From NCBI RefSeq assembly GCF_004010195.1, contig NC_057719.1:30815001-30879000 (forward strand): a DNA stretch of 64,000 nt, written 5' to 3'. The notes under the pieces were generated by a model. That model worked only from the letters and a program-made list of their open reading frames with translations. It was not told where the DNA came from and did not search any database. Numbering within the stretch: the stretch's first letter is position 1; each line of letters opens with the position of its first letter. A program made the position numbers and the translations under genes. This DNA is from Chiloscyllium plagiosum (Eukaryota). This document shows positions 59,603 to 64,000 of the stretch, one piece after another.

Positions 59603-60400
59603 GTTGTGTTCCCAGCTCAAGGTAATACTGGACAAGTCAGATCCCAGAGTGAAACCTGGTAATGATAAATCATAAATTTTATTTTCCCTTTTTGTTTACT
59701 TTGATGGTCAGTTACTGAACATAATTGGAGTATGTCACCAATGTACTTTTGACAAAGGAACATTAAACACAAAAAAGAAATAAAAACATACCATTTTACA
59801 CTATACTAGAAATATTTATAATAGTCTTATTAAAAATATCAGAAATAAAGATTCAACCCCTTTAACTCAACAAAAACCTTACAGATACTCAAACCTCAGT
59901 AAACTTCACTCCATTTCACAGTTCCTTATTTAGTAGGCAAGGATACAACTGGTTTCTGGAGCTTTCTTTTTACAGACTTTGAAGTACTTTGAAGCAAACA
60001 CCTGGATTTTCTATACCCTTGGCTTCCAGCAGTTTTCTTTTTCTGGAGATTTATTCTCAGTCATTCGTGACATCTTTTTTTCTGCCCTGCCTATTTTGAG
60101 GACATGCAAACAGCACTGCTACTGTTACAGACTTTTTTCTCTGAGTGACCTGTACCTCTCAAAGGACCCTGTACACTTCACCAAACACTGAATAGTTCTG
60201 TCTTCATGTCTCACTGTATCATAGAATATCTTGTTGCTGAGCAACAGAAGATTGTTTTTCTACACTCATTTCCAGTGCACTGAACTGTTCACCTCAAGCT
60301 CTAAACCATGACTGTAAACCTTCATTAAAAATGCATATAGCAATAAACTTCAAACACTCCATTGCCGCTCATAGATCAAGTGTAAAATGAAATTAAAGCT
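59603..60400 (-). mobile_element. LTR-like repeat remnant
   Basis: Minus strand ends ...ctgggaacacaACA; non-coding; general resemblance only. Confidence 0.28.
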
Positions 60401-60647
60401 ATGGCCAGAATCTTACTGGGGTCTAAATTATATGAGCTGTGGCAAAATTAGTGTCAAAATTGGATGAAAGGTACGGTGAGACTTATCTCAATGTCAGGAC
60501 CATATTACTCTTTTTTAAATGCTTTTATCAACCAGTGAGGCATATTTCTCACTTTGCAGCAGCAAGTTGCGACCAAAAAGGACTATTGCTCATTAAATAT
60601 TTCGTTGACAACCCAATTCACGCCATTAGTCTGCAAGTTTTGGTACA

Positions 60648-61562
60648 GGAGAAAGTGAGGACTACAGATGCTGGGGAATCAGAATCGAAAAGTACAGCAG
60701 GTTAGGCAGCATCCGAGTAGCAGGAGAGTCGACATTTCAGGCATAAGAGTTGAAGGGTCCCAAGGCAGAAGATGAGGCATTCTTCCTCCAGTTGTTGGGT
60801 GGTTTGGGTTTGGTGGTGGAGGAAGCCAGGACTTGTATGTCCTTTGGGGAGTGGGAGAAGGAGTTAAGTAGTCAGCCACAGGACAGTAGGGTTGTTTGGT
60901 GCGTGTGTCCCAGAGATGGTTCCTGAAATACTCCGTGGGGTGGCATCCTGCCTCCTCGATGTAGAGATGACCACATGGAGAGCAACGGACACAGTAGATG
61001 AGGTGGATGGATGTGCGGGAAAATCTGTCCTGGATGTGAAAGGATCCTTTGGGGCTTTGGATAGAGGTGAGGGGGAGAGGTGTTGGTGCAGGTTTTACAC
61101 AAGGGAAGGTGCCGGCTATGGAGGGTGGGTTGGTGGGGGTATGGACCTAACGAGGGAGTTATGGAGAGACTGGTCTCTGCGGAATGCAGATAGGGGTGGG
61201 GAGGGACATATATTTCAGTCAGATCTCTGTGATCTGAAACAATGGAGGATAATGCGTGGGGTGGAAGGTGAGAATCAGCAGTTTCTATCCATGTTGTGGT
61301 TGGAGGGTTGGGGTTCAATGGTGGAAGTGCGGGAAGTGAAGGAGATGTGCTAAGGGCACTATCGATGAGGGGAAATTGTGGTCCTTGATGTTGGAGGCCA
61401 TCTGAGATGTCCTGGCGTGGAATTGCTCCTCCTGGGAGCAGATACGGTGGAGGTGGGGGTATGTGAGGAGGTGCAGTCCTGGTGGCTGTGGGAGTTGGTA
61501 GGTTTGAAATAGATGTCCATGTTGAGTCGGTCGCTGGAGATAGAGATGGAGAGATCCAGGAA
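60648..61562 (-). mobile_element. Penelope-like element RT thumb to GIY-YIG with truncated terminal repeat
   Basis: DFLDLSISISSDRLNMDIYFKPTNSHSH..TSSH; LIYCVRCSPCGHLYIEEAG; colinear with 26225-27150. Confidence 0.9.
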
Positions 61563-62234
61563 ATCTGCAAGCTTTGTATCATCAGGAAGGAGATCACATC
61601 TGGAGTGAGACACAGCCTGATTGAATATATGGTTCAGGAGACAGCATGGGAATAGAACTGGTAAACCTTTCTTTTTATTCTCTTTTTTTTAAAGTTTAAA
61701 ATTCACTAGGTTATTTGAAAGGTTAATAAGGTAGCCAACTGAGAGACAGTTATTATTAAATCACCTGAGCCATGAATAGGGCCTTAATTGATTTTGATTA
61801 CTATTGAAGCTTAACTTGAGAGAGTTATCTCAGCTCATCTTAGTTCTATTTAAGAGGGAGACTGTTGAAAATGCAAAATCAGTAAGCTTCATGCAGTTAG
61901 GAAGGGGAGATCACATTCCAAATGAGTTTGGGGAATTTGGAAGTATGGTGGGAATTCAGTGCAGAGGGGAAGAGGTATTTTTTGATTTTTGGTTTGTAAG
62001 GTTTTTGATAAGTAGGATAACTTGAAGCCCAGGATCAGGGGGCCCAATACAAATGAAAGAGTGACATCACGTGAAAACTGTAAGTTCATTGGCTGGTAAT
62101 ACTTGCTAATTTGACTATCTATTATGTGATCTTCAGATTGAAGGCAATTCAGACAAATATTTACAGATTACAAACTAAAAGAGCAATTAGGAAATATTTA
62201 AAAACAAACTAAGAAGTGAGCAAATGAAATAGAG

Positions 62235-62825
62235 ATGCAGGGTCAGGTGAATATGTAGTACCAGCATGATGTGGAAGCTGGTGGACTCCATTGTGACACA
62301 TCTGTAGCAAGTGCTGGTTGCTTGAGAAACTCTGGCTCAGAGTTGATGAGCTGGAGTATGAACTTTGAGCACTGACACATCAGGGAGGGGGACAATTACC
62401 TGGATGCTATCTTTCATATGAAGAGCAGTTGAGGACTCTGGATCTGTACTTGGTGGAGTTTAAAAAGAAGAGAGGTGATCTCATTGAAATTTGTAGAATA
62501 CTGAGAGGTCTGGTTAGAGTGAATGTGAACATTTTTCAACTCAGGGTAGAAACTAGGACCTGAGGGCACAGTTTTAGTGTAAAGAGATGACCTCTTTAGA
62601 ACTGAGGTGAAGAGGAAATCATTGCCAAAGAAGGCTGTGGATGCTGAGTCACTTTGTGCATTTGAGATGGAGGTAGATGGGTTCTTGATGAGTGTAGAGA
62701 TCAAAGGTTATGGAAGAGAAGGAAAGAGAATGGAGTTGAACATTATATCCCTCATAATTGAATGGCAAAGCAGATCTGATAGATTAAAAAGCCTCATTCT
62801 GCTTCTAATACCTTATGTTTATTAA
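62235..62825 (+). mobile_element. CR1 ORF1 N-terminus joined to CR1 ORF2 3' end
   Basis: MQGQV...MWKLVDSIV...HICSKCWLLEKLWLRVDELEYEL...IREGDNYLDAIF (zinc-finger/zipper-like), then at ~62416 YEEQLRTLDLYLVEFKKKRGDLIE and 3' UTR. Confidence 0.65.
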
Positions 62826-63534
62826 TTTTCTGCTTCCTATTTTAACAATTGCATTGAACAAGCTAGATGTCAAGAAATCTCAATATGGAAATTACCTTGG
62901 AAATAGCTGACAACTTCAGCACACAGCTTATACTAAAGAACATCCACATTGTTAGAACCAAACAGCAACTGCAGGCATGATCCACTGGCACTTGCCATAT
63001 ACACCCCTCATCCATGGAGACTGGCATTTGCCAACTCCCTCACAACCATGATTCCACTTCTTCTTTGTACTTGCAAGCTACTCAAGTATAACAGAATTAC
63101 ATTGCAGGGCATTATGGCAACTAACTTGAAAGGCTGCAGCAAGGACATGTTATGTACAGGAACTCAGGTCATGGATTGGACAAGTCTGAATCTCAGGGCT
63201 GCTCACTTGCTCTCCTAGAGTTTACTCACTTACCACCTACCCTCATGTTTGCATCATCCATGCCTTATTCATGGGATGTGGGCATCATTTATAGTTCATC
63301 CTTTATTGCTCTTGAACTGAGAAACTTCAGAAGGCATTTCTGTGGATCTGGAGCCATGGTTAGGCCAGACCAAGTAAGGACGGTATATTTCCTTCCCTCA
63401 ATTGGGAGCCTGTTCTCAGCCCAGTCAAGGGGGCAGCTAGTGTCTGTCAAGATTTCCTGATATCATCAGTCATTGACAGCTTACACAAGGTCCAGAAGCT
63501 TGCTCATGGTCAGTCATCCACTTGGCTCATTCAT

Positions 63535-64000
63535 GTAGAGTCAAAGAGCATGGAAACAGACACTTTGATCTGACCAGTCCATGCCGAACAAATCCCAAAC
63601 TAAATTAGTCCCACCTGTCTGCTTCTGGCCCATATGCCTCCAAACCTTTCCTACTCATGTACTTATCTAAATGTCTTTTAAACATTGTAACTGTGCCTGC
63701 ATCCACCTCCTCAGGAAGTTCCTTCCACATGTGAACCACCCTCTGTGTTAAAAAAAACTGCCGTGTCTGTTTTCTTTTTAAATCTCTCTTCTCTCTCATT
63801 AAAATATATGCCCCATCCTATGAAAAGGACACGTTAATGCTGCTCATGATTATATAAATATCTAAAAGGTCACTTCTTAACCTCCCATGCTCCAGTGAAA
63901 AAGGTCCCAGCCTATCCAGCCTTTCTTTATGACTCAAATCTTCCATATCCAGCAACATCCTGGTAAGTCTCTTCTGAATCATCTCTAGCTTAATAATATC
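63535..64000 (-). mobile_element. CR1 LINE 3' end, runs off the window
   Basis: FFLTQRVVHMWKELPEEVDAGTVTMFKRHLDKYM. Confidence 0.9.

Noticed and set aside
60872..61597. 241-aa ORF as host protein
   Set aside because: Off-frame reading of a decayed Penelope-like element

Overview
Eukaryotic, repeat-dense, AT-rich vertebrate DNA. The repeat repertoire (CR1-clade LINEs with short tandem-repeat tails, HE1-like tRNA-derived SINEs with (TAATC)n tails, several Penelope-like element (PLE) families) points to a cartilaginous fish, probably a shark; this is an inference. No intact host gene, rRNA, true tRNA or CRISPR array is visible. Almost every long ORF in the six-frame track is a decayed transposon fragment (CR1 RT, PLE RT/GIY-YIG, Ty3/Gypsy gag/RNase H/integrase, a Copia-order PR-INT element, Harbinger transposase and Myb/SANT partner) or the antisense shadow of one. 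Most interesting: (i) ~85-400 bp non-coding PLE-derived mini-elements carrying minimal hammerhead ribozyme cores, three with 15-16 bp target-site duplications and one folding into a perfect 59-bp hairpin with the hammerhead in its loop; (ii) a GalEa-like Copia relic; (iii) short locally templated inverted copies; (iv) multi-level nested insertions; (v) scattered minus-strand exon candidates that may belong to an unidentified host gene. All calls were made by eye; boundaries of old repeats are approximate.
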